Counted from the first letter of the stretch, positions 20,893-31,147 are shown. The stretch: DNA of 64,000 nt from Candidatus Bathyarchaeota archaeon (GCA_963717465.1 OY970340.1:1824001-1888000), one strand, 5' to 3'. Numbers and translations are program-made. Notes: a model not told the origin generated them from the sequence alone.

Positions 20893-21825
20893 TCACAAAC
20901 CAAATACTCCTGCATGTGCTAATGCCTCACTAATTAAAAGCAAACTGTAGATCAAAACACCGACCAAGAATAAAATCAAGCTTTTTTCTCGTTTCACTGA
21001 AGGAATTTCATTTCGAATAGAATTATACAATATTGCACCTGAAATGAACGCTAAAAGAACGTAAGCTTCCGCAATTCTTTCAGGAAACCAAATTGAAGCA
21101 GCCCAGCCAGCAAGTGGAATAAAACCTGTAACATAGCGCCCAATTTTTGCTTGAAGTTCCTTGTATTGTTCAAAAATTGAACCTTCAAAGATGAAAAGGT
21201 GTAAAGATACTGCGATGGTGTACAGCAACCCTACAATTATTCCTGTTTGATACTGGAATAGAAGAACAAAACTTAAGATAAAACTCAAGAAAGAAAAAGT
21301 GAATAGGTGAACTGCAAAAATGCCTTTTTCAGCATGAGAAATGTTTGAGTCTCTGCTGATTTCGGCTGTCCTCTTATCGCGAAAGCTTATGGTCATATGC
21401 TCTAGGATAAAATAGACCAGAAAACCAACGAAAGCGACTAGAAAAATTGCATCTTCATAAAGCGCCGTAAGGGAACTGTTGATTGTTGTTAAGAATTGAC
21501 TTGAGATTTGAAGGCTTGGCAACAAGTCGAGAAAAACGTAGCTTGCTGTTATGCCTCCGAATAGTGAAAGCACTGCTCCTTTATATTTGCCTAAAAAAAC
21601 TATGATTTTATAAGAAAAAATATTTATCGCGGCAAATAGGATAGCCGCCAATAAAGAGTAGAAAATCAATATAGAATTTGTTTCGTTTAATGTTGACGCT
21701 GATGATTCCTCATTTTCCCTAGCATAGGAATGAATATTGTAAGAAAATGTTATGGTTATTCTGAAAAGCTGTAGGTTAGAAGCTTGTATAAAGACTTGTG
21801 ACTGTGCAAGGGTAACTACAAGCAA
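20893..21825 (-). CDS. Multi-pass membrane protein, ZIP-transporter-like; true start probably near 21700
   Basis: About 8 hydrophobic segments; GGIxxxYVFLDLLP and AFISGAILY...EIP patterns. Confidence 0.6.
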   Translation of the reverse strand: MLVVTLAQSQVFIQASNLQLFRITITFSYNIHSYARENEESSASTLNETNSILIFYSLLAAILFAAINIFSYKIIVFLGKYKGAVLSLFGGITASYVFLDLLPSLQISSQFLTTINSSLTALYEDAIFLVAFVGFLVYFILEHMTISFRDKRTAEISRDSNISHAEKGIFAVHLFTFSFLSFILSFVLLFQYQTGIIVGLLYTIAVSLHLFIFEGSIFEQYKELQAKIGRYVTGFIPLAGWAASIWFPERIAEAYVLLAFISGAILYNSIRNEIPSVKREKSLILFLVGVLIYSLLLISEALAHAGVFGL

Positions 21826-21932
21826 AGGCTTGTTTTAAGAAAAGGGAAAAATCGAGCTTTGGTTAAGGGGGAAGCAAATCATGCTGCGGCCCAAGAGTTT
21901 ACATGTGAAAGGCTCCGAATAGCAATTGAAAA

Positions 21933-22268
21933 TTAAGTATTCATCAGTTCCGCTAACGTTTCAATGAACATTTCAATGCGATCTTTTGTTCGCCCAAAAT
22001 CAGCAACTGAAGTAATTGTGGTGACAGGTGTTTCAGCCTTAATCATCATACGAGTTGTTTTTTCATCCACTTTTGATAAGTCGATGAGTAAATCGGAACC
22101 GTACGATAAAAAGGCACCCGTGGTTTTAGCTTTTACATGATGAGTTTTCTGGTCGGTTTCTCTATTTTCCATTTTAGTTTTGAAATGGCGTTTGGGATGG
22201 TCAGCCCAGATTTTTTCAATGGGATAAGATACTTCAATATTTTCTTTTTCTGTCCGTAGATAAGCCAT
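21933..22268 (-). CDS. Hypothetical protein (probable compensating indels near 22160-22200)
   Basis: ORF with ATG; plausible N- and C-termini; short aberrant-looking middle segment. Confidence 0.6.
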   Translation of the reverse strand: MAYLRTEKENIEVSYPIEKIWADHPKRHFKTKMENRETDQKTHHVKAKTTGAFLSYGSDLLIDLSKVDEKTTRMMIKAETPVTTITSVADFGRTKDRIEMFIETLAELMNT

Positions 22269-22367
22269 GATAAATCAATCTTTTTAGAAATAATTATACT
22301 TAACTCTTTCAACTTCGGAAAAATGAAAATATGACGGTAAGCTGCTTGAACGAATTTCGTTCTGGAC

Positions 22368-22748
22368 TTATTTTATAGATTCCTTAAGGTTTGAAAGATA
22401 TGACATAACTTGCTCGATTTGAGACGCTGACATACTTAAAATAGCTTTAAGCGAAGCAGACTGCTTTGCCGTTGGCGCCACATTTATTGTCGTTAATGCA
22501 TAATCTAAGCTTGTGAAGAGTGGTTCCCAAGGTATCTTCACTTTCTGCCCGTGAAGAGTGTACAATGCCAAGATGAACGCGCTGGTTCGGCTTAAGCCAT
22601 CTTTAAAAGCTTGCAGGCTTTCGGCGACTTGTAATATGTCATATTCAGGGCTTGAAAGAAATTTCTTAATTACTGCGTAGTTACTTTCTAAAGCCTGAAT
22701 TTCAACAAGTAAATCCTTTTTTAATTTCGTCTCAGTTCCTTTTTGCAT
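22368..22748 (-). CDS. Hypothetical helical protein
   Basis: ORF; ATG at 22748 preceded by AAGGCGA. Confidence 0.6.
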   Translation of the reverse strand: MQKGTETKLKKDLLVEIQALESNYAVIKKFLSSPEYDILQVAESLQAFKDGLSRTSAFILALYTLHGQKVKIPWEPLFTSLDYALTTINVAPTAKQSASLKAILSMSASQIEQVMSYLSNLKESIK

Positions 22749-22832
22749 AAGTATCGCCTTCTTGTATGTCTTAGGAGTAAATAAGACTTTATTTAATCCA
22801 CGAAATAATTTGTGTGGCAAATCAATAATAAT

Positions 22833-23024
22833 TTATGACACGGTTTTTTTCAAGCTGTTTGCAGACTTGCATTTTACGCACAAAACACAATTTTTTTGTT
22901 TTTCAACTTCTTGCACGGTCATTATTCTATTGCCTATGTATTGCTTGCACTTGTCGCAGGACATGCGTACTTCAACGACGTTTGCTTTCGCGTTTATGAT
23001 TTCTATCGGCAAGCTTTTTGTCAT
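22833..23024 (-). CDS. Small Cys4 zinc-binding protein
   Basis: CDKC...CVKC pairs. Confidence 0.55.
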   Translation of the reverse strand: MTKSLPIEIINAKANVVEVRMSCDKCKQYIGNRIMTVQEVEKQKNCVLCVKCKSANSLKKTVS

Positions 23025-23152
23025 ACCGTCCTGAAAAGTATTTTTCGAGGAGAAGCTGTTATTTTAACGAAATATTTATGGATTTCCTTCTTTTCCTTCC
23101 AAACACTTGAAAACAATTAATAGTTCAATAATAGCTTCAAAAGTGGATGGCT

Positions 23153-23302
23153 ATGTCAGAGCGAATAATGCGAGTTAGCAAAGTAACGTCTAACCGACAA
23201 GTCACGATTCCAGTTGAAATAATGAAAAAACTGAAAATTACTGCTGGAGACAAAATAATTTGGATTGAAAACAAAGGCGATATTATAGTGAGACGAATCT
23301 AA
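23153..23302 (+). CDS. AbrB/MazE/SpoVT-family DNA-binding protein, 49 aa; not in the ORF track
   Basis: Manual translation MSERIMRVSKVTSNRQVTIPVEIMKKLKITAGDKIIWIENKGDIIVRRI. Confidence 0.9.
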   Translation: MSERIMRVSKVTSNRQVTIPVEIMKKLKITAGDKIIWIENKGDIIVRRI

Positions 23303-23370
23303 CTTTTAAATTTGCGCCCCTAATTTTCTGCAGTTTTGTGGCTGAGGAGGTAAGCTTAATGCATGTTTTA

Positions 23371-24285
23371 TTAAATTTTGGAAAACAGCTTTAGCCCTTC
23401 ACTAATGGTTGAGAAGTTCAGCTCGTACAATGCTGACATTTCTGCTCCCATGCCGTAGCCGCATTTATCACAAATACCTTCAGCCGCTCCGATGCATTGA
23501 GAATATCTTTTTCCGTCTGGTAAAACAAAGTCAGTTATCCAACATTGTTTGCTATACTGGTTTTCGCGCAGTCTCTTTAGCCCTTCCGTAGAGTTTATGA
23601 TGGGATAGCCATCTTTTTTATATTTAAGAGTTTTATCGACAACTATCCGGCGTTTATCCCACGGCAGGAACATATCTTCCGTTCCCGCGTGCGGGGTGTG
23701 GAAATTTACAGAAATTCCTTTAATTTTGGGTGTTTCAGCTACAAGTTTCATTAAGTCGTCTAAACATTCCCAATTGATGACGTTGGCGACGAAGTTGACG
23801 CTGATATGAGAGTAAGCAGATTCTTTGATGTGCGTCATCAATTTATCGAATGAGCCTTCTCCTCTGACAGCATCGTGATACTTTTTAGTGCCGTCTAGGC
23901 TGACGAAGATGCGATCAGTGCTGCTCGCTGGTATCGGTAACGTCCCGTTAGTGCTGTAGCTGGTGGAAAGAAAGCCCATACGTTTTGCTTCCTGAACCAA
24001 GTATTCGATGTCATAATTACCATCACGCCAGAGCAAAGGTTCGCCACCTTCAAAAGTCACCATACGAGAGCCTGCATCATAGCATTGCTGCAAGAGATCC
24101 TTAACTTTAGCAAGCGGGAAATGTTCCTGGGGTATTTTGCCTTCATCCACCTGTTTTTCGATGGCACAGTGGCGGCAACGTAAATTACAATATGAGGTGA
24201 TGAAAATCACGGACTGCAAAGGCTTCCTTTTACCTAGAACACGACATTGCAGATACCAACCGGCATAATGAAATACTTCAAACAT
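23371..24285 (-). CDS. Radical SAM protein with Cys-rich C-terminus
   Basis: CNLRCRHC, GGEP and VSLDG motifs; C-terminal C...C...CDKC. Confidence 0.92.
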   Translation of the reverse strand: MFEVFHYAGWYLQCRVLGKRKPLQSVIFITSYCNLRCRHCAIEKQVDEGKIPQEHFPLAKVKDLLQQCYDAGSRMVTFEGGEPLLWRDGNYDIEYLVQEAKRMGFLSTSYSTNGTLPIPASSTDRIFVSLDGTKKYHDAVRGEGSFDKLMTHIKESAYSHISVNFVANVINWECLDDLMKLVAETPKIKGISVNFHTPHAGTEDMFLPWDKRRIVVDKTLKYKKDGYPIINSTEGLKRLRENQYSKQCWITDFVLPDGKRYSQCIGAAEGICDKCGYGMGAEMSALYELNFSTISEGLKLFSKI

Positions 24286-24297
24286 TTTTTTGACATC

Positions 24298-25314
24298 CTA
24301 CAAGATTAAATATACTGCATAGATAACATTGGCGGCGACTATAAGGAGCGTAGTGGTGATCATCACATTACGAGCTAACAGCCATCGCACCATGAACCAA
24401 TCGTGCCCTTCGACTTTCTGCTCCATTGGTCCCATCCACCAACGGGGTTTTTCCTCGCCGTAATCGCCTCTACTCAAACGGCGCATCATCATAACCAGTT
24501 TAACGGCCATGGGCAACGTTAGAAACAGCAAAACATAAGTCAAAGGCAATATCTTGAACAAAATGCCGGCGACAACTATCCCGTATACTATAAAGAAAAT
24601 CACCGGTAGCACGCTCGTAGCCGCTTTAGCGCCGCCAAGATAAGCAACAGAGGTTTTTTTCTCAACTGCGATATCGGGTTTGTAATCCATGATGGAATGG
24701 ACGAAGAGAATCAACCCAATAAGGCATCCGAGGACTATGCCGACGAACAACGGTGCCCAATCAAACCTTTGAGCGACAGCGTAATAAGTACCAACACATA
24801 TTCCTGGTCCCATCGCTGCCCCGACCACAAGCTCACCTAGACCACGGTAGCATAACTTTACAGGTGGCATGGAGTAGAAAAAGCAAATAAGTGCACCGAA
24901 CGCTGCAATGGCGATAACTGGCCATCCGGAAACGATCGTCAGGTAAGCTCCGGCGGCAGCGCCGGCCGCAAACAGAGCCATGGAAACATAGAACACGTTT
25001 TGCAGCCGGATTGTCCCGTTGACGACATAGGGAGCTTTGACTGTACGGATGCCTTCACCTTTAGATTCCCTAATTTTATTGCGGTGGAAAAAACCGGCAA
25101 TTTTCAAGTCGGCATAATCATCCAACAAGTTCGTGCCTGCGTGCACGGCTATGATACCTAAGAAAGCAATAATAAAGCGGCTCCAATCGAAGAAGCCGTT
25201 GGTAAAAGCTGTAAGGCCGCCCAGAATTACTGGCATGGCGGAATTCGGCAGGGAAATCCATCGGGAAGAATCAATCCATATCTTGGTCCGCTGTAAATTA
25301 GTAATGTTTGCCAT
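24298..25314 (-). CDS. UbiA/MenA-family prenyltransferase
   Basis: NLLDDYAD, YSMPP...YRGLGE and DYKPD..VEKKT motifs; multi-TM. Confidence 0.9.
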   Translation of the reverse strand: MANITNLQRTKIWIDSSRWISLPNSAMPVILGGLTAFTNGFFDWSRFIIAFLGIIAVHAGTNLLDDYADLKIAGFFHRNKIRESKGEGIRTVKAPYVVNGTIRLQNVFYVSMALFAAGAAAGAYLTIVSGWPVIAIAAFGALICFFYSMPPVKLCYRGLGELVVGAAMGPGICVGTYYAVAQRFDWAPLFVGIVLGCLIGLILFVHSIMDYKPDIAVEKKTSVAYLGGAKAATSVLPVIFFIVYGIVVAGILFKILPLTYVLLFLTLPMAVKLVMMMRRLSRGDYGEEKPRWWMGPMEQKVEGHDWFMVRWLLARNVMITTTLLIVAANVIYAVYLIL

Positions 25315-25450
25315 TCATTGCCCCCCATTAACGATACCATTTGGTACCTTAACCCAGATTAATATAGCTTCGTAACAAGTGACTGTTAATGTTTTATGTG
25401 GTTTCTGAACCTAAAACAAGCGAAACTTGAACAATTTGATGTTTCTTTTA

Positions 25451-25538
25451 TGGTGCAGAGGGTGGGATTCGAACCCACGAACCCCTACAGGATAGGCTCC
25501 TGAAGCCTACGCCTTTGACCAGGCTCGGCGACCTCTGC
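25451..25538 (-). tRNA. tRNA-Leu (anticodon CAG), CCA encoded, no intron
   Basis: GCAGAGG/CCTCTGC acceptor stem; anticodon arm TAGGC-TTCAGGA-GCCTA; long variable arm; GGTTCGAATCC. Confidence 0.97.
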
Positions 25539-25791
25539 ACTCAATATGCAATTGAGCAGTAATTCAAAATAATCCTTACTGATAAATACTGCTGCCAATT
25601 TGCCACCAATATTTGGAAATGCAATAGGTTTTATCTAATCATTCTTCAAATACCAGATTTGAGTTAAAATGACTCCGCAGCAAATTGCCAAAGCATCCAA
25701 ACCCACTATTTCATTAAATTCTGTATTCTATATAGCTTATTTGTGGAAGACTTAAGAACTGACACGCTACTTTGACGTTGAGGTTAACACT

Positions 25792-25917
25792 TTGGTTGAG
25801 CTATTCTTCAAAAGTCCAAAATGCAATGCCGAATTGAGTGACCCAAAACAACTTCAAGAACACAGAATGAGCGCACACAAAAACGTTGTTGCCGAATTGA
25901 AACGAGTACAACATTAA
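25792..25917 (+). CDS. 41-aa C2H2-like zinc-finger microprotein (first Cys replaced by Ser); not in the ORF track
   Basis: Manual translation MVELFFKSPKCNAELSDPKQLQEHRMSAHKNVVAELKRVQH; GAGGT RBS upstream of TTG. Confidence 0.5.
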   Translation: MVELFFKSPKCNAELSDPKQLQEHRMSAHKNVVAELKRVQH

Positions 25918-26089
25918 GTGCAAGGTTCAAGGAACTTTTTCCCTGTGCTTTGTGTTACTCTAACCGTGTTTAAGTGTAAGAAATTCAAACCCAAGTTTTC
26001 CTAACTAAATGGTTTATAGAGCTTCAATTAGTAACAAGGAATCATTCTGTATTAGAATTTCTAACCAGCATGCTTTTATCAAATGACGC

Positions 26090-26704
26090 TTGCTATTTTC
26101 AGGGAAAGAAGTAATGGATTACACGTTCACAGCCGGCTTAGCCCAAGCTGTAATAGCCTTATTCGTAGTTGTCGATCCATTAGGAAACATTCCAATTTTT
26201 ATCGGGTTAACCCAAACCTTGAACGCCAAACAAAAAAGAAAAGTTTACAATACTGCAGTTCTTGTGGGTTTCATTTTGCTTTTGATCTTCGCGTTAACGG
26301 GCCAAGCAATCTTTTATCTTCTCGGCATAACACTCTCAAGTTTTGAGATAGCCGGAGGAATATTACTTCTAATAATTTCAGTGAGAATATTAGTTACAGG
26401 CAGCATGCACGAAAACGTTGAATCACCTGAAAGTTTAGGTGCTGTCCCAATAGCGATTCCTCTCCTTGTAGGGCCCGGAGCAATAACCGCTACCATCATC
26501 AACCTTCAAACCTTCGACATTATTATAACAGTCCTGTCAGTGGTAATTGTGTTAGCAATAACATGGGTTGTTCTAAGGTTCATTGATAGAATTTACAAAT
26601 TCTTGGGAACAACCGGAACTTTGGTTATAGCAAGAGTAATGGCGCTCTTTATAGCAGCCATCGCAGTTGAATACATAATACACGGGATAACTGCTCTGTT
26701 TTAA
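26090..26704 (+). CDS. MarC family membrane protein; probable start 26114
   Basis: DPLGNIPIF, IAGGILL and VPIAIPLLVGPGAI motifs. Confidence 0.95.
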   Translation: MLFSGKEVMDYTFTAGLAQAVIALFVVVDPLGNIPIFIGLTQTLNAKQKRKVYNTAVLVGFILLLIFALTGQAIFYLLGITLSSFEIAGGILLLIISVRILVTGSMHENVESPESLGAVPIAIPLLVGPGAITATIINLQTFDIIITVLSVVIVLAITWVVLRFIDRIYKFLGTTGTLVIARVMALFIAAIAVEYIIHGITALF

Positions 26705-27119
26705 TAGTTAATTTGGAAAATTAAACTTTTTATTTGACCAGAAAACACTATCAAAGACTTCAGAGTTCCTTCTTGGTTCTTAAGAAGGAAACCTTATAAG
26801 CGATTAAAAAGTTGATATATAACTAACTATTCTTGAAAATTTTGAACGGATTTGCAAAAAGAAAGAAGAATTGGCATTTGTTATCTATAAGAATAGGCAT
26901 TGTTCTAAGTGAAAAAAGATTTTGTAAATACAATATTTAAACAGTTGCAGAAAAGGTAATTAGTTTTTAGTTAACAGTTAAATCATTCATCCCTACTGTT
27001 TAAATACTTCAACTGAGAAAGTAATTATATGAGGGAAAGCCTCACGCTTGTTTTAGTGAATTATTATTGAACTAGCATGTTTTTTCTATCCACTTCTGTT
27101 AGGGAGGGAACGATTAGCT

Positions 27120-27500
27120 TTGAGTATAAATCAAAAAGAAATTGTTGACGAATTAAAAGTTGAGTGGAAAAAACTTTGGCGAGAGAGAGTCGATGATAAA
27201 GTCAGAGCTGAAGGCATAGCAATCAACGACTACTCAACATTGTTTGTTGACAAGGGAACAATCATTCATGCAACTAGAGACTATAAAGCATTAAGCTTCA
27301 AAGAGATTTTAGAAGGACACAAGGTTCTAAACACGGAAAGATACATTCCGCCGGATCCTCAAGTTGGCGGATGGACTAAATTTATTAAAACAAACATTTC
27401 AAACAAACATTTAGAAAAAAAACAAGAAGTACTTTATGTGAAAGAAAAAAAATTGAATCGGCAACCAAAGAAGGGTGGCCGAGGCTGGCTTCACGTTTAA
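27120..27500 (+). CDS. Conserved protein of unknown function (paralogue at 62279)
   Basis: Shares EWK.LWR..VDDKVRAEG, ATRD, GGWTKF and KKGGRGWLH with 62279..62677; GGAGGGA RBS. Confidence 0.85.
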   Translation: MSINQKEIVDELKVEWKKLWRERVDDKVRAEGIAINDYSTLFVDKGTIIHATRDYKALSFKEILEGHKVLNTERYIPPDPQVGGWTKFIKTNISNKHLEKKQEVLYVKEKKLNRQPKKGGRGWLHV

Positions 27501-27559
27501 ACTTTTTTTGAAATTGAATTTCTATCTTTAGCATCTCTTTTTTAGTTAGCTTAGAGGAA

Positions 27560-27898
27560 ATGCTCTTGGGCAATTATAGAGGAAAACTCGACATTATCGC
27601 TGACATTCTAGTGGCTGCAAGTCGAGACGCTAAGAAAACACAGATAATGTACCAGGCAAACTTAAGTTACAAGGTTCTGATGCGTTATCTAGAGGAAACA
27701 ATTGGTGCTTCTTTAATTAGATTTGAACATGGAAGACAATGCTACATGTTGACTTCAAAGGGGCAAGAATATTTGGATGCTTACCGAGAATATTCTCGGA
27801 CAAACAAGACCATCGAAAAACGTCTTAATGATTTTTCAACAAAAAAGAAAATTTTGGAAGACTTATGCTCAAGGGGCTCTTTTCAGACAACAAACTAA
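27560..27898 (+). CDS. Archaeal winged-helix regulator (ArnR1-like/HTH_45)
   Basis: RGKLDIIADIL...KTQIMYQANL...LTSKG. Confidence 0.9.
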   Translation: MLLGNYRGKLDIIADILVAASRDAKKTQIMYQANLSYKVLMRYLEETIGASLIRFEHGRQCYMLTSKGQEYLDAYREYSRTNKTIEKRLNDFSTKKKILEDLCSRGSFQTTN

Positions 27899-27978
27899 AC
27901 ATTTTGTGAAAGCGAAAAAAAAGATTAGACTTCAAATTATTGGCCCCGTTTTAATGAAAAAATTGAGGAGAGCTGAAT

Positions 27979-28570
27979 ATGAATTTGGGACAGTATAAAA
28001 TACTCGCAGTTATTATCGCTGCTACTGTAGTGTTGTTTTTTGCTTCCCCTGTTTTGTCTCAACTTTTAACAGCTACTCAAACTACCAGTTTTACTGAATT
28101 TTCACTTTTAGGGTCAGATCATAACACGTCATCTTACCCTTATTCAATCAAAAGCGGACAAAGCTTCACCTTATATCTTGAAGTTGACAACCATTTGGGG
28201 TCTGTTGGAAATTATCTTATTCAAGTAAAATTCAGGGATCCATCTGACTCAGCGCCTGACAGCTTCAGCAAGACAAGTAGTACAATGCCCTCTTTGTATA
28301 ATATACCAGCCACAGTTGATAATCAAAAAAACCTTGAGATACCATTGATTATTTCATTAAATTACGTTGCAGGTTCTTCCACAGCAACTTTGGTAAGCAT
28401 AACTGTAAACGGCGATACCGTCAATGGCAATTCAATAGTCGTGAGTCATGATTCAACTACTAGGCGGATGCTTCGGAAATTTATTTTTCGAACTTTGGCT
28501 ATTCAACAGTACGACCAACACTTACGAGTATAATCAACGATACGTAAGTTTATGGCTTAACCTATCTTAA
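27979..28570 (+). CDS. DUF1616-like membrane-anchored protein (frameshift near 28470)
   Basis: N-terminal TM, FTEFSLLG, YP and V.NHLG motifs; shifted frame gives FIFELW...VSLWLNL. Confidence 0.7.
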
Positions 28571-28637
28571 ACTTCATTTAGATCCAATCTAACGATTGCT
28601 TTCTCACAATCTTAAAAAATACTCAAAGGGGAAGTAA

Positions 28638-29270
28638 ATGGTTTTTAAATCTGATGTAATCCTCGCTGTAGGCGCGCATCCCGATGATATTGAATTGGGC
28701 TGCGGAGGGACTATTAGTGCTGCCTCTAAACTTGGGAAAAAAGTTATCGCCGTGTTTTTAAGCAAGGGTGAACGAAGTGGCAATCCTGAAATTAGACCTA
28801 AAGAAAGCATTGAGGCGCTTGCAACTCTAGGCGTGAAAGAAGTATATTTTGGAGATTTTCCTGACACTGAAATTCCCTGCTCTCGACAGGCAATTGATTT
28901 TCTTGAAGCCTTCTTCATTGCAAATAAACCTGACACAATCTTAACCCATACAGTTAATGATATACATCAAGATCATCGCCAAGTAGGTTGGCTTTCAATG
29001 TCAGCCTTCAGGAATGCGCCAAGGCTTTTAGCGTATGAAACTCCAAGGGTTACACCAGCTTTTTCACCAACTTACTTTGTGGATATTACGAACTGCGTCG
29101 ACGATAAATGGACAGCGCTGAAATGCCATTTTTCCCAGAAAGCAAAAAGATACATTGCTTACGAGTCAATGGTTAATTTGGCATCTTTTAGGGGCAGTCA
29201 AGTAAGTCTTTCAGCAGCTGAAGCTTTTGAAGTAGTTCGATACATAGAAAAACTTGAAAAAATCCAATAA
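28638..29270 (+). CDS. PIG-L family deacetylase
   Basis: GAHPDDIELG, HQDH and AEAF motifs. Confidence 0.93.
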   Translation: MVFKSDVILAVGAHPDDIELGCGGTISAASKLGKKVIAVFLSKGERSGNPEIRPKESIEALATLGVKEVYFGDFPDTEIPCSRQAIDFLEAFFIANKPDTILTHTVNDIHQDHRQVGWLSMSAFRNAPRLLAYETPRVTPAFSPTYFVDITNCVDDKWTALKCHFSQKAKRYIAYESMVNLASFRGSQVSLSAAEAFEVVRYIEKLEKIQ

Positions 29271-29275
29271 ATTGG

Positions 29276-29980
29276 GTGGTGACACGATTGATCGTTTCAG
29301 GTCATCAACCCAACTATTTACCTTGGCTGGGTTTTTTTGATAAAATTAATCGATCAGATGTCTTCATAATAGAAGACAATGTCCAATTTGAAAAACAAGG
29401 TTTTACAAATAGAAATAAAATAAAAACTTCTGATGGCGCCAGATGGCTAAGTGTGCCCATAAAACATGTCAACGGACCATTAAATATCAACCAAGTCAGA
29501 ATAGCCAATAAAGAAGAGCCAGACTGGGCACAACGACACTGGCTAACACTTAAACACAGTTACTGCAAAGCGCCATATTGGCGTGACTTCAGCGAATATT
29601 TCGAAGATGGCTACAGCAGGCAATGGACTTTACTTATAGATTTGAATATGCATTTCATAAAAGGCATCATGCATTTTCTGGAAATATCCACCCCGCTAGT
29701 AATGGCTTCATCACTGGAAGCTACTGGAAGAAAAAACGAGTTAATAATTGCTCAATGCAAAGCACTTGGTGCCGACATTCAACTCGCCGGAATTGGTGGA
29801 CGTGAATACATTGATCCAACACGATTCGAAAAAGAAGGAATAAAAGTAGTTTTTCAGAATTTCCATCATCCAGTTTATAACCAATTGCATGGTCGATTCA
29901 CGCCAAATCTATCCATAGTCGATTATCTTTTTTGTACTGGCGCAAAAGATTGGAACCAAAAATTATCAATTAAAAACTAG
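29276..29980 (+). CDS. WbqC family protein
   Basis: HQPNYLPWLGFFDK, NRNKI and LSIVDYLF motifs. Confidence 0.95.
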   Translation: MVTRLIVSGHQPNYLPWLGFFDKINRSDVFIIEDNVQFEKQGFTNRNKIKTSDGARWLSVPIKHVNGPLNINQVRIANKEEPDWAQRHWLTLKHSYCKAPYWRDFSEYFEDGYSRQWTLLIDLNMHFIKGIMHFLEISTPLVMASSLEATGRKNELIIAQCKALGADIQLAGIGGREYIDPTRFEKEGIKVVFQNFHHPVYNQLHGRFTPNLSIVDYLFCTGAKDWNQKLSIKN

Positions 29981-29990
29981 GTGAATAAAC

Positions 29991-31147
29991 TTGAAAGAAA
30001 TTCTGTCTTCAGCTCCATTTTTCCCAGAAGAAAGCTTGTCAACCATTCTTAAAGAAATTGAATCGACACTAAAGAGCGGTAAATTAACGGATGGCCCGCA
30101 AGCAAAAGATTTTGAAGAGAAATTTGCTCAATATAACAATGTGAAATATGCAGTTTCAGTAAATTCTGGAACAGCAGCGCTTGAAGTCGCTATTGCGACA
30201 TTTTAAGGTAAAGGGCAAAGAGGTCATCGTTCCCACAAACACTTTTATATCTACACCCAACTCGGTTATTTTTGCCGGCGGCAAACCTGTTTTTGCAGAC
30301 ATGTGCGCTGACACTCTATGCATTGACCCTGAAGATGTAAAAAGAAAACTCTCAACAAAAACCGCAGGCTTAATCGTTGTGCACATAGCAGGGCTTATTT
30401 GTCCTCAAATAAATGAGCTTAAACAGTTTTGCGAGGAAAATAACCTGTTTCTCATGGAGGATGCAGCTCACGCGCATGGTGCAACGCTAAATGGACAAAA
30501 GGCAGGTACATTTGGGGATGCGGGTTGTTTTTCATTTTATCCAACGAAAGTCATGACTTCCTGCGAAGGTGGAATGATAATAACAAATGATGCTACATTA
30601 GATCAAGACGCACGCTGCTTGCGAACGGTTGGCCAAAACCAGCAGAAGCAAGCAGTAATGCTAGGACACAATTGGCGATTAAATGAAGTTGCTGCCATTA
30701 TTGGAAAGAATCAGCTTGAAAATCTTGAAAAATTCCTAAACAAACGAAATGAATTGGCACGTTACTACGAAAATGCTTTAATACACATTGACGGGTTAAC
30801 CCTATTTGAAGCTCCGAAAAACGGTCGACACAGTTACTACAAGTATCCTGTAAAACTTGCAGATGGAATTGACCGTGAAAAACTAAGCAATAGACCTAAA
30901 GGAAAAATATGGTATTGAAACCGGGCATGTTTACTATCCGCCATGCCATATGCAACCATTATACCTTGAGAGTTTTGGTACTCGCCTTGGAGATTTTCCA
31001 GTCGCAGAAAAAGTGCTTAAACAAGTTTTGTGTTTGCCAATGCGTTATGACTTGACTTTTGAGGATATTGACTATATTCGAGACGCAATAGTTGATTGCA
31101 TCGGCGAGTATGCAATTGTTGATTCTATTGGCGAGGTTTTTAATTAG
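29991..31147 (+). CDS. DegT/DnrJ/EryC1/StrS sugar aminotransferase (two frameshifts)
   Basis: NSGTAAL, EDAAHAHG and SFYPTKVMT motifs across three ORF pieces. Confidence 0.9.

Noticed and set aside
23300..25538. Provirus or integrative element at tRNA-Leu
   Set aside because: No integrase and no duplicated tRNA 3' end (att site) found by eye
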